Source: Candidatus Woesearchaeota archaeon (lineage in GTDB: Archaea; Nanobdellota; Nanobdellia; Pacearchaeales; GW2011-AR1). Taken from it: a stretch of DNA of 38,405 nucleotides. Below the pieces are notes generated by a model that was given only the letters and a program-made list of their open reading frames with translations, searched no databases and was not told where the DNA came from. The stretch covers positions 1 to 38,405 of the forward strand of contig CAZEOE010000002.1 of the NCBI GenBank assembly GCA_964513665.1. Direction: 5' to 3'. This document shows positions 17,821-24,445 of the stretch, piece after piece. The position numbers and the translations under genes are program-made. Numbering within the stretch: position 1 is the stretch's first letter; the number at the start of each line of letters is the position of its first letter.

Positions 17821-17953
17821 CACAAATTACGGTTTGCGTTAGCGGCGTGTGCCGCAATGAGCACAAAGGCTCCACACAGAACCCTGATAAAACTCATGCT
17901 TGCCGTCAGACGATCCTGGGCACACGTCCGACTGCACGCATTTGTTAGCCTTC
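17821..17953 (-). repeat. attC-like imperfect palindrome of the minus-strand solo cassette
   Basis: Minus strand reads GAAGGCTAAC-aaa-TGCGT-gc-AGtCGG-ac-GTGTGCC...GGCACAC-g-CCGCT-a-ACGC-aaacc-GTAATTTG. R'' is the reverse complement of GTTAGCCTTC at 18452-18443. Confidence 0.75.
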
Positions 17954-18438
17954 GCCACGACTTCACGAGACACAGGCGGGTTGAGAACCTTTATCCATCG
18001 CTGTTTAGTGTTTTCTGGTTGGTCATCTCTGCGACCAGTCCTACTATGCCAACCGTGACCACCGCCAGCAGATTTGTTTTCACAAACCCAACCGCTTGCC
18101 AGCAAAGAAATTCCCGTTTCTGTATCCAGAATATAAGTTTGTATCTTTTCGTAACCTAGTTCTTTTGCTACTCTGGCAGATGCCGCATATAAAATGCTAC
18201 AAGCGTTTTTAGTACCATCACTGACAAGTCGTACAACTTCAACCGTAGTGCGCCAATTTACCAAACGAGCTACAGGACGCCCTACAATAGCCGCGCCCAC
18301 CAACTCGTGTTTCTTGGTATCGTAAACACCAATGGAAAAACGATGTCCTTGCGCTTCTTTGTGGTGACGATGCCACCGCTTTACAAGGGTGTTTGCTTCA
18401 GATAATTCTACGGGAACAATGATTAGGCTCATGGGCAA
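17839..18438 (-). CDS. GNAT-fold (XF1762-like) protein with Cys-rich tail; cassette-borne
   Basis: The pattern VELSEANTLVKRWHRHHKEAQGHRFSIGVYD recalls the phage-associated GNAT-like family. The C-terminal C...CAHC is encoded inside the variable part of the attC-like site. Confidence 0.55.
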   Translation of the reverse strand: MPMSLIIVPVELSEANTLVKRWHRHHKEAQGHRFSIGVYDTKKHELVGAAIVGRPVARLVNWRTTVEVVRLVSDGTKNACSILYAASARVAKELGYEKIQTYILDTETGISLLASGWVCENKSAGGGHGWHSRTGRRDDQPENTKQRWIKVLNPPVSREVVAKANKCVQSDVCPGSSDGKHEFYQGSVWSLCAHCGTRR

Positions 18439-18442
18439 GTAA

Positions 18443-18521
18443 GAAGGCTAACGGTTTGCGTATCAAACACTACGCCGACCGGCGCTTTGCAAGCATAAAA
18501 CATTACGCTTTGCAGCGGCGG
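18443..18521 (-). repeat. decayed attC-like site forming the upstream junction of the solo cassette
   Basis: Minus strand reads CCGCCGCTGC-aaa-GCGT...gat-ACGC-aaacc-GTTAGCCTTC. The 3' arm and R' are intact. The 5' arm has TGC instead of AAC and the inner pairing is lost. Confidence 0.5.
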
Positions 18522-18647
18522 GGCGATGTAAACGTCTCAGCATCAAAAAACCAATGACCGGAACGCCAACCACGAGTAATCCAAAGCAGGGCAATCACAC
18601 ACGCATTGTAAACGAGTTGCAAACCGCGAGCATTGACGAACAAAAGA

Positions 18648-18680
18648 TTATCTTTCATGCTTATCTTTCATGCTTATCTT
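18648..18680. repeat. 13-bp tandem duplication TTATCTTTCATGC x2.5
   Basis: Identical units at 18648-18660 and 18661-18673, plus a partial third unit that contains the stop codon of 18674-18988. Confidence 0.8.
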
Positions 18681-18988
18681 CCTTTCTCGCACAAATATCT
18701 TGCGCTGACATACCCCTGCTCAATCTCCGCCCACGACTGACCGAAACTGTCAGGCATATAACCGAAAACTTCCACCACGTCCCCGTCCTGCAATCCGCCG
18801 ATGATAGGGTATTCAATCCCCGCACCTTCGCGGACGTTCAACCCGTACGAACCGCAGACGGTCATCACGAGCGAAGGCACGGGCGCGGCAAGCGCGGCGG
18901 GCATGGTGTTAATATGGGGCGGCATATCAACAGTACAGGCGGAAAGTGTGAATACAAGGATAATGATAATTATCAGTTTATTTTTCAT
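18674..18988 (-). CDS. SH3b-domain lipoprotein
   Basis: Lipobox LVFTLSAC followed by an SH3b-like pattern: YGLNVREGAGIEYPIIGGLQDGDVVEV...WAEIEQGYVSARYL. Confidence 0.7.
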   Translation of the reverse strand: MKNKLIIIIILVFTLSACTVDMPPHINTMPAALAAPVPSLVMTVCGSYGLNVREGAGIEYPIIGGLQDGDVVEVFGYMPDSFGQSWAEIEQGYVSARYLCEKGR

Positions 18989-19211
18989 GTGATTTCCTGT
19001 GATGGTACTGGCATAGCGTCTGCATCTTGCTTACCGTGTCGGGGATTAGAAGGTTCCACCAACGATACCCCTTGTAATTCACATGATGCAAATGTAATCC
19101 AGTCTGCGCCCCGCACTGTTGGCACTTATCCCGCTTTCGTAACCAGCGGGTCAACTTCCACGCGGGGGATTTTAGATAGATATTCCTGTAATACCAGCGG
19201 CGGAAATTCAT
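18978..19211 (-). CDS. HNH endonuclease-like protein
   Basis: CQQCG...HLHHVNY...LCQYHHRKSH (CxxC, HNH core, CxxH). Confidence 0.6.
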   Translation of the reverse strand: MNFRRWYYRNIYLKSPAWKLTRWLRKRDKCQQCGAQTGLHLHHVNYKGYRWWNLLIPDTVSKMQTLCQYHHRKSHEK

Positions 19212-19627
19212 TCTTTTACCTCTGCCACTACATCCAATTCCAGACCGTCTTCCGTCTGGACTGCCACTACATTCGCGCCGATGACAATCAATCCGATTTT
19301 TATGGCGTAGTATTCCGCGCCGGATGCAAGGTTATACTTTTGTCGCCTGACTGCCACTATGCCGCCCGCTGTTTGAAAGTCCGCCAATGCCCCTGCCACT
19401 ATGCCAGCTTTCGACCTCAATTCCTGCAATTTTGCACTCGTCAAGGTCTTTTGTGAAGCGTTCGACGTAGTGGCAGTTGTGGTTTCGGACAAATTCACGG
19501 ACGCGACGGGCGGCGTACTCTCCGAGTGCGGTGACTTTTTCGAGACGCCCGATGTATTCAACTCGGACGCGCTTTCCTTTTTCATACGTTGACCATTTGC
19601 CATAGTGTATTCCTGACTGACAGGCAA
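19208..19627 (-). CDS. hypothetical protein (only the C-terminal ~80 aa look protein-like)
   Basis: 139-aa ORF. The N-terminal half is Ser/Thr-rich low complexity and overlaps 19332-19718 in another frame. The C-terminal part carries four in-frame (V/I)VA repeats encoded by the GCCACTA motif. Confidence 0.4.
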   Translation of the reverse strand: MPVSQEYTMANGQRMKKESASELNTSGVSKKSPHSESTPPVASVNLSETTTATTSNASQKTLTSAKLQELRSKAGIVAGALADFQTAGGIVAVRRQKYNLASGAEYYAIKIGLIVIGANVVAVQTEDGLELDVVAEVKE

Positions 19628-19726
19628 ATTCTATCCATCGCTTCCTGAATTTGACACTGCCACTACCTAATACCGCCTGTTGAATAAAATCGTCATCCCC
19701 GCCACTATGTAGTGGCATAGTGGCGG
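19222..19726. repeat. iteron-like cluster: 9 copies of (C/T)GCCACTA(C/T)
   Basis: Direct copies at 19222, 19261, 19351, 19393, 19657 and 19699. Inverted copies at 19467, 19709 and 19717. The last three form CCGCCACTAT-N8-ATAGTGGCGG (19699-19726). Confidence 0.7.
19332..19718 (-). CDS. hypothetical protein (only the N-terminal ~95 aa look protein-like)
   Basis: 128-aa ORF. The start codon is embedded in the 19699-19726 palindrome. The C-terminal Gly/Ser-rich tail overlaps 19208-19627. Confidence 0.4.
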   Translation of the reverse strand: MPLHSGGDDDFIQQAVLGSGSVKFRKRWIEFACQSGIHYGKWSTYEKGKRVRVEYIGRLEKVTALGEYAARRVREFVRNHNCHYVERFTKDLDECKIAGIEVESWHSGRGIGGLSNSGRHSGSQATKV

Positions 19727-19744
19727 TCTGTTCCTGCGGGGTCG

Positions 19745-20593
19745 CTACTCCTGCCGCTTCCCCGCCTTTGAAAAATCCTTTACACCGTCCGTGTCACCCC
19801 CAAACCGTTGAACGGGTTTGAATTCCGGTTCGACCTGCGGGCGCTGCTTCTGTCCGCCCTGTACTGGCGTCTTTCCGTCTGTTGGCAGGACAATTCCGAG
19901 AGCATTCGCCACAACACGGACAGCGGTGGGGTTATAGTCCGAATCAAGTTTATTCAGTTCGTCAAGCACACCGCGCAGGGTCTGCAATTTCGTTCTCAGG
20001 ATGCTCATTTCGTCCGCCTGATCTGCCGCCTCAGCGTGTGCTTCCTCAATCTTCGCCTCTGACTCAATGTGCTTATCAATTGACCACCACCAACCAATGG
20101 CGACGCCCTGAGCGATAGTCAACACGATAACCGAACCCCATAGAATGTTAGACCACATCGGAGAGAATGAATTGCCAGTACCAACAATGTAATCAGCAAA
20201 CGCCAGCACGCCCGAAAGACCGATTGCAAGGGTTGTAAAAACCAGCGCAATCCATTTTTGTGTGTCGTTCTTATGGCGGCGGGAATGGGGGTAAAGCACA
20301 TCAAACCAATACAGGGCAAGACCTCCCGAAATCAGGACGGTGACAGACGCCAGCAACCAAGAACCCGTCATTAACCAAACTGCCTGTAATGCGCGAATGT
20401 CCAGAGACAAAAAAATAACATTCGCAATAATAAGAGCGGAGCGGGGAACCCAAATCTTGCGGCGTTCTTCTGCCTCTCGGCGTTTCTTCTCGTTTCGTTC
20501 CTTTTCCTTGCGTTCCCGTTCCTGTGCAAGTGTAGTGAGATTATCCATTTTATTTTTATCCTTTCTTATCCAATAGGGGGTTGAATTTCCCAT
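19745..20593 (-). CDS. multi-pass membrane protein with N-terminal Lys/Glu/Arg-rich region
   Basis: 282-aa ORF with at least four long hydrophobic segments. Confidence 0.6.
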   Translation of the reverse strand: MGNSTPYWIRKDKNKMDNLTTLAQERERKEKERNEKKRREAEERRKIWVPRSALIIANVIFLSLDIRALQAVWLMTGSWLLASVTVLISGGLALYWFDVLYPHSRRHKNDTQKWIALVFTTLAIGLSGVLAFADYIVGTGNSFSPMWSNILWGSVIVLTIAQGVAIGWWWSIDKHIESEAKIEEAHAEAADQADEMSILRTKLQTLRGVLDELNKLDSDYNPTAVRVVANALGIVLPTDGKTPVQGGQKQRPQVEPEFKPVQRFGGDTDGVKDFSKAGKRQE

Positions 20594-20754
20594 TCATAAA
20601 TCCAATCATACCGCAGGCGTAGAACGCTACCATCCGTGAATGTAAATTGAAGGATATTATCTTGTCCCTCGTCAATAACTTGACAACTAAAAACCACCTT
20701 CCCGGCAATTTCTTTCGTTATGGGCGTGCCACTTTTCAAATCAAAATCCTTCAT
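20566..20754 (-). CDS. hypothetical small protein
   Basis: ATG 20754 is preceded by AGGAAAGGAAG. The tool start at 20826 lacks an SD. Confidence 0.45.
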   Translation of the reverse strand: MKDFDLKSGTPITKEIAGKVVFSCQVIDEGQDNILQFTFTDGSVLRLRYDWIYEWEIQPPIG

Positions 20755-20768
20755 ACCATCTTCCTTTC

Positions 20769-20852
20769 CTACCAAATGGGGGATACGAATACACTCAGCA
20801 CAACAAATGCGAGTGCGACCAGACAAAGAATCAATGCTATTAGTTTTTTCAT
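20769..20852 (-). CDS. 27-aa hydrophobic peptide (MKKLIALILCLVALAFVVLSVFVSPIW)
   Basis: ATGA overlap with the stop of 20849-21127. Signal/lipobox-like LILC. Below the ORF-track size cut-off. Confidence 0.3.
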   Translation of the reverse strand: MKKLIALILCLVALAFVVLSVFVSPIW

Positions 20853-21127
20853 TTCTTCCACTCTTTCAGTTTTTTCATAACCCGCTCGGTAATATCCTCA
20901 GCGGGGCGGTTGAAGAAAGTCTCCATGACCAACGCCATGACAGGCGGCACTACTATCAGGTAGACCGCAAAACAATACAAGGCGATTATCCACTCTGCGG
21001 GGGATGCGTGCCAATAAAACTCTTTGGCATAATCCCAAGAAAAAACCAGACCGATTGGCACGGACACAACCGCCATGATGTAGTACCTGACAACATGGTC
21101 AATCAGGGCGGCAATGTCGTCTTTCAT
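20849..21127 (-). CDS. small membrane protein
   Basis: 92 aa with two hydrophobic helices. ATGA-coupled to the upstream mini-ORF. Confidence 0.5.
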   Translation of the reverse strand: MKDDIAALIDHVVRYYIMAVVSVPIGLVFSWDYAKEFYWHASPAEWIIALYCFAVYLIVVPPVMALVMETFFNRPAEDITERVMKKLKEWKK

Positions 21128-21258
21128 CGTGTCACCATGTACGCAATCGTTCCCACCGCGATTGTGGCAAACGCCAGCGCGGCGAGAATTCCGCTGATAG
21201 CGGCGGATTTGTACAGCGCAATCATTTTGCGGTAGTGTTCTCTTTCGTGATCGTCCAT
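21124..21258 (-). CDS. 44-aa single-pass membrane peptide
   Basis: MDDHEREHYRKMIALYKSAAISGILAALAFATIAVGTIAYMVTR. Overlapping start/stop coupling at both ends. Confidence 0.3.
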   Translation of the reverse strand: MDDHEREHYRKMIALYKSAAISGILAALAFATIAVGTIAYMVTR

Positions 21259-21380
21259 CACATCACCGCCACAATCAGCGCGGCGACAAGTCCGCACGCA
21301 ATGAGCAATGACAGGGCAAAAACAACTGCCACAATGGGGGAGGGAGCGGGGTTATCGGGGTCTTCGTAGGTTTCATTCAT
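21258..21380 (-). CDS. 40-aa single-pass membrane peptide
   Basis: MNETYEDPDNPAPSPIVAVVFALSLLIACGLVAALIVAVM. The ATG overlaps the TGA of the NinG-like gene. Confidence 0.3.
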   Translation of the reverse strand: MNETYEDPDNPAPSPIVAVVFALSLLIACGLVAALIVAVM

Positions 21381-21883
21381 CAGAAATATCCTTGAAAATC
21401 TATGCGTCCTAATTTGCCATTATTGCGGAGTTCCCGCATCAATTCATACTGCGCTTTGTAGTGCCGTGCGATTTCCTGCTTTTGTTGCCGTGCCTGCTTT
21501 CCGAGCATAAGGTCGTTGGATTTCTCGATCAAAATGTCGTACAGTGTTCCACCTAACTGCTCGTACTTCCACACCATAAAATTATGCGGGTTGCCTTCAA
21601 ACTTCGCATGGCATCCGTAGCAGTGGGCGTCTACATTGTGCTTGTCAAACCGTACTGCATAATTTGCACGTCCGATGTAATGGGAGCAATGTAGTCCTGG
21701 ATTGGCAGGGTAACCGTTTTTTCCGCTCCAGGGGACATACTTTTTTCCGCACGCCTGACAAGTCCAATCGGCACGTTCGCGGACGCAAAGCGAAAAGAAG
21801 TAATCGGGGTCAAGTTTCGGTTCCTTCTTTGCAACAGGTTTCTTCGCCTGCTTGACTGGTTTAGGTTTCGATATGATTGCCAT
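21380..21883 (-). CDS. ninG: NinG/Rap-like recombination-associated protein
   Basis: FSLCVRERADWTCQACG...LHCSHYIGRANYAVRFDKHNVDAHCYGCHAKFEGNPHNF matches the lambda NinG family pattern. Start set at MAIISKPKP (21883). Confidence 0.75.
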   Translation of the reverse strand: MAIISKPKPVKQAKKPVAKKEPKLDPDYFFSLCVRERADWTCQACGKKYVPWSGKNGYPANPGLHCSHYIGRANYAVRFDKHNVDAHCYGCHAKFEGNPHNFMVWKYEQLGGTLYDILIEKSNDLMLGKQARQQKQEIARHYKAQYELMRELRNNGKLGRIDFQGYF

Positions 21884-22055
21884 TACATTATGCCATTCTG
21901 CGGCGCGTCTAATATCCATCCGTCTCCACATTTCCGCGCCCGCCCGCTGACCGTCTCGCCCGTGTAAATTACGTCCATCGTGACGATGCTTGCGATACGC
22001 CCGCGCAGGGTACAGCGCAACCAAAGGGTGGGGGCGGGTTTGTACCAGTACATGA

Positions 22056-22379
22056 CTAAATAAACAACTTGACAATCCAACCAATGAACAGCACTAAAAG
22101 AGGTGAAAGGATTGCATATGAAACAGCCTCAATAATTATATCGCTCAACTCTTTTTTTTCACTTGACGATTTTCTCTGCCTTACAAGGATGTCAACAACA
22201 AGCGATAAACCAATCGCGGTTCCAACCGACAAATGAGGAACACTAAAAACCGGGACAATAAACCACCCCCACAAAACGGAAAGAACCCATCCGGTCATGA
22301 CCGCACTAACAACAACAGAAATAACCGCCACAAAAAACAAACCAAGACATGCTAATGTATTATTTCCCTTCATGTTCAT
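22056..22379 (-). CDS. multi-pass small membrane protein
   Basis: 107 aa with three or four hydrophobic helices. ATGA-coupled to 22376-22975. Confidence 0.5.
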   Translation of the reverse strand: MNMKGNNTLACLGLFFVAVISVVVSAVMTGWVLSVLWGWFIVPVFSVPHLSVGTAIGLSLVVDILVRQRKSSSEKKELSDIIIEAVSYAILSPLLVLFIGWIVKLFI

Positions 22380-22975
22380 ACTCCTATAATCTCGCCCGCT
22401 TCGTCGGCAACGATCATACCCTCAAGCGTCTGCAATAACTCCAAAAGATTTTCGGCGGCGGGGCGTACCTGTTTGGCGGCGAAGTCCTGCGCTTGCGAAC
22501 TGCCTACCGCCATTGGGGTATTGATAAGGTCGCGGTCAAGATGTTTGATGTAACGCCTGACAGTCTCGACGTATTCCGGTTCGATGATAAGTTGCTGGTC
22601 AACGCGGATTTTCGCGTCCAACTTCCGCACAGACAACCGCTCCCAAATCGCCTCTATCAAGTATTCCGTCCCCTGCCCTACCGTCAGAATGCCCGCTACC
22701 GATACGTATCGGTAAATCAGTGCAAGATGGGAGTACGTGAGTTCGCGCCTGATATCGCACGCTAAATCTTCGTCATTCTCCAGCAGGGCGCGGTATTGTT
22801 TTCCCGCCTGTACCATCTTGCCGACGGTGTCGGTGTCCAGTCCTGAGCGGTTGGCAAATTCGGCGGTTGAGCAGTTATTGGCGACCAACGTATAACAGGC
22901 GTCTATCCTGCTTGCTTCGCCATTGCGCCATTGGATAATTGCATCTTCAATCGGGTCGGTGAATGGGATGGTCAT
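22376..22975 (-). CDS. HTH-containing hypothetical protein
   Basis: 199 aa with an HTH-like segment, STAEFANRSGLDTDTVGKMVQAG. Contains palindrome copy 2. Confidence 0.55.
   Translation of the reverse strand: MTIPFTDPIEDAIIQWRNGEASRIDACYTLVANNCSTAEFANRSGLDTDTVGKMVQAGKQYRALLENDEDLACDIRRELTYSHLALIYRYVSVAGILTVGQGTEYLIEAIWERLSVRKLDAKIRVDQQLIIEPEYVETVRRYIKHLDRDLINTPMAVGSSQAQDFAAKQVRPAAENLLELLQTLEGMIVADEAGEIIGV
22697..22714. promoter_or_regulatory. palindromic motif, copy 2 (TACCGATACGTATCGGTA)
   Basis: Perfect 18-bp palindrome. It lies inside the CDS 22376-22975 and encodes YRYVSV. Confidence 0.55.
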
Positions 22976-23199
22976 TCGTCGCCTTTCTGCTTGTGTCGCC
23001 GAATCCAGCGGCGGTGTTTGCCTTCCTCCGCCGTGTAATTCAGGTCATTCAGTATCCGCCGCACTTGCTCACGGTGGACGGGTATCCCTAATATTTTTCC
23101 CGCTCGTTGGGCGATCTCCGCCACTGACAACGGCAGGGCGGCGGACGCTTTCGCGCGTTCAATCTCTTTTTCAACAATGCTATGCAGGGTGTGTGTCAT
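22972..23199 (-). CDS. small HTH protein
   Basis: 75 aa with the HTH-like segment LSVAEIAQRAGKILGIPVHREQVRRIL. Confidence 0.5.
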   Translation of the reverse strand: MTHTLHSIVEKEIERAKASAALPLSVAEIAQRAGKILGIPVHREQVRRILNDLNYTAEEGKHRRWIRRHKQKGDE

Positions 23200-23202
23200 T
23201 TG

Positions 23203-23481
23203 TTACAGTTTACCTTTTTTATTTGCCGTTGTCAACCCCCAATCGCTGACATCCGCCACGCTGTACCGCTCCACCATGCCGCTAGTCACGTTGTACATGA
23301 CCAGTCTGTCACGTGCCATCTTCGCCACCAATGACCGGACGGTATTCCATGACAGTCCGGTCTTGGCAGGTAAGTCTTTCCGTCGGCAGGGGAGCGCGGA
23401 TAGGATTTTAGCGGCGGTCATAGGGTTTGTATTAACGGCGCGGGTGGTCAGAACCTGTCCGATTGTAACCACCCGCTTCAA
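23203..23481 (-). CDS. winged-helix-like DNA-binding protein
   Basis: 92 aa. PMTAAKILSALPCRRKDLPAKTGLSWNTVRSLVAKMARDRLV resembles MarR/wHTH proteins. Confidence 0.5.
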   Translation of the reverse strand: MKRVVTIGQVLTTRAVNTNPMTAAKILSALPCRRKDLPAKTGLSWNTVRSLVAKMARDRLVMYNVTSGMVERYSVADVSDWGLTTANKKGKL

Positions 23482-23503
23482 TCACGCTTTGTTAGTCCAC
23501 CTC

Positions 23504-23728
23504 TTAGTGCGCGGCGGAGAAAGCGGCGTCAACGTGCGGCTGACCGTCTTCGCTTACCCAGATAGTTCCGCCTTCGGCAACAACTTCTTGCCAGGTCAAG
23601 CCGATTTCGTACCCATGCTCATTTGTTGCTGGATTACTGGCGGCTTCCAGATTGTGACCATTACAAACGACCTGACCATTTTCAATATTTGCTGTAAACA
23701 TTTCATTTTCCTTTTCTCTCCGATACAA
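23504..23728 (-). CDS. hypothetical small protein
   Basis: 74-aa ORF with GAGAGAAAAGGAAA upstream of the ATG. Preceded by the decayed attC-like 3' arm. Confidence 0.45.
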   Translation of the reverse strand: MYRREKENEMFTANIENGQVVCNGHNLEAASNPATNEHGYEIGLTWQEVVAEGGTIWVSEDGQPHVDAAFSAAH

Positions 23729-23742
23729 AGCCTGCGGGAGCG

Positions 23743-23795
23743 GGCATAAAGGTTTGCGTTACTGGCGGGCTTTCTTCTTCGGACGCCCGCCCAAC
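23743..23795 (-). repeat. relic attC-like 3' half-site
   Basis: Minus strand reads GTTGGGCGGGC-gtccgaagaagaaa-GCCCGCC-AG-TAACGCAAACC-TTTATGCC. Same 3' arm as the array (compare CAGGTAACGCAAACCGTTATGCC at 32933), but with GTT changed to TTT. Confidence 0.4.
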
Positions 23796-24016
23796 TTGCC
23801 ATTTTCGCGAGACGAAGTTGCTTTTGCTTCGCTGGTATGAGAGCCGATTATTTTGGCAGCAATCATACGATTTAGGCTTTCGTATTCTTCCATTTGATTG
23901 CTATCGTAGGCGACAAGCGCCGCCCTTTGCAATTGATCTATTCGGCATTCATGACCACGCGGCTCTTGGAGAGCATCATATTCGGAGCCACAAGTAGAGC
24001 AATAGCGCATGTCCAT
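23759..24016 (-). CDS. small zinc-ribbon-like protein with basic tail
   Basis: Start set at MDMRYCSTCGSEY (24016), adjacent to the upstream stop. CSTC...HEC motif. The stop TAA lies inside the TAACGCAAACC motif. Confidence 0.5.
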   Translation of the reverse strand: MDMRYCSTCGSEYDALQEPRGHECRIDQLQRAALVAYDSNQMEEYESLNRMIAAKIIGSHTSEAKATSSRENGKLGGRPKKKARQ

Positions 24017-24017
24017 T

Positions 24018-24305
24018 CTAGCTCCTTGCCATTTTCTCAAGATGTTCGCGGAGGGCTGCATCTTCTTCGGGAGTGCGTTCAGATTGAAAAGACGCACCTT
24101 TTGATTCGACTGCTCCGCGCCACATGCCATTATTGGGTAGGCATTCAAAGCCGAGAGAGATCAGGATTTCCTTCGCCACTTTCCAATCTTTCGCAAGATG
24201 GAACCCATTGGCTTCAACTTGATTGCGGCGCTCATCGAGATAAAATTCAATTCCTTTGAGCTCATCTTTTTTGCTTACAATCTGCATCATTTCTTGTGCG
24301 TTCAT
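24018..24305 (-). CDS. hypothetical protein
   Basis: 95 aa. AAAGGAGAACCG-ATG. Sits directly downstream of the 24331-24359 promoter. Confidence 0.5.
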   Translation of the reverse strand: MNAQEMMQIVSKKDELKGIEFYLDERRNQVEANGFHLAKDWKVAKEILISLGFECLPNNGMWRGAVESKGASFQSERTPEEDAALREHLEKMARS

Positions 24306-24444
24306 CGGTTCTCCTTTTCTGTATGCCCTGATAATATCCTATCAGATAGGTTTTGTCAAGGGTTTTAGGAGACCAATTTTCGGTATGCAAATCCATCAAC
24401 GGGATGCGGATTGCGTCCTGCATCTGTTCCAGTGTGACGGTCAT
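24262..24444 (-). CDS. doubtful 60-aa ORF
   Basis: Starts 2 nt after the dnaB stop, but it contains a consensus promoter and overlaps the next gene by 44 nt. Confidence 0.25.
   Translation of the reverse strand: MTVTLEQMQDAIRIPLMDLHTENWSPKTLDKTYLIGYYQGIQKRRTDERTRNDADCKQKR
24331..24359 (-). promoter_or_regulatory. sigma70-type promoter with embedded palindromic operator
   Basis: Minus strand reads TTGACA (24359-24354), a 17-nt spacer, then TATTAT (24336-24331). The spacer contains the perfect palindrome CCTATC-A-GATAGG (24338-24350). Confidence 0.55.
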
Positions 24445-24445
24445 T

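Noticed and set aside
18554-19456. 300-aa plus-strand ORF, the longest plus-strand ORF left of 29.9 kb
   Set aside because: It is antisense to three well-supported minus-strand genes (SH3b lipoprotein, HNH, 19208-19627). It has no SD and an odd His/Cys/Arg-rich composition, so it is a shadow ORF.
21884-22084. N-terminal 67-aa extension of the NinG-like ORF
   Set aside because: The extension is Arg/His-rich, overlaps the upstream membrane-protein gene and has no family resemblance. The NinG-like pattern starts right after MAIISKPKP at 21883.
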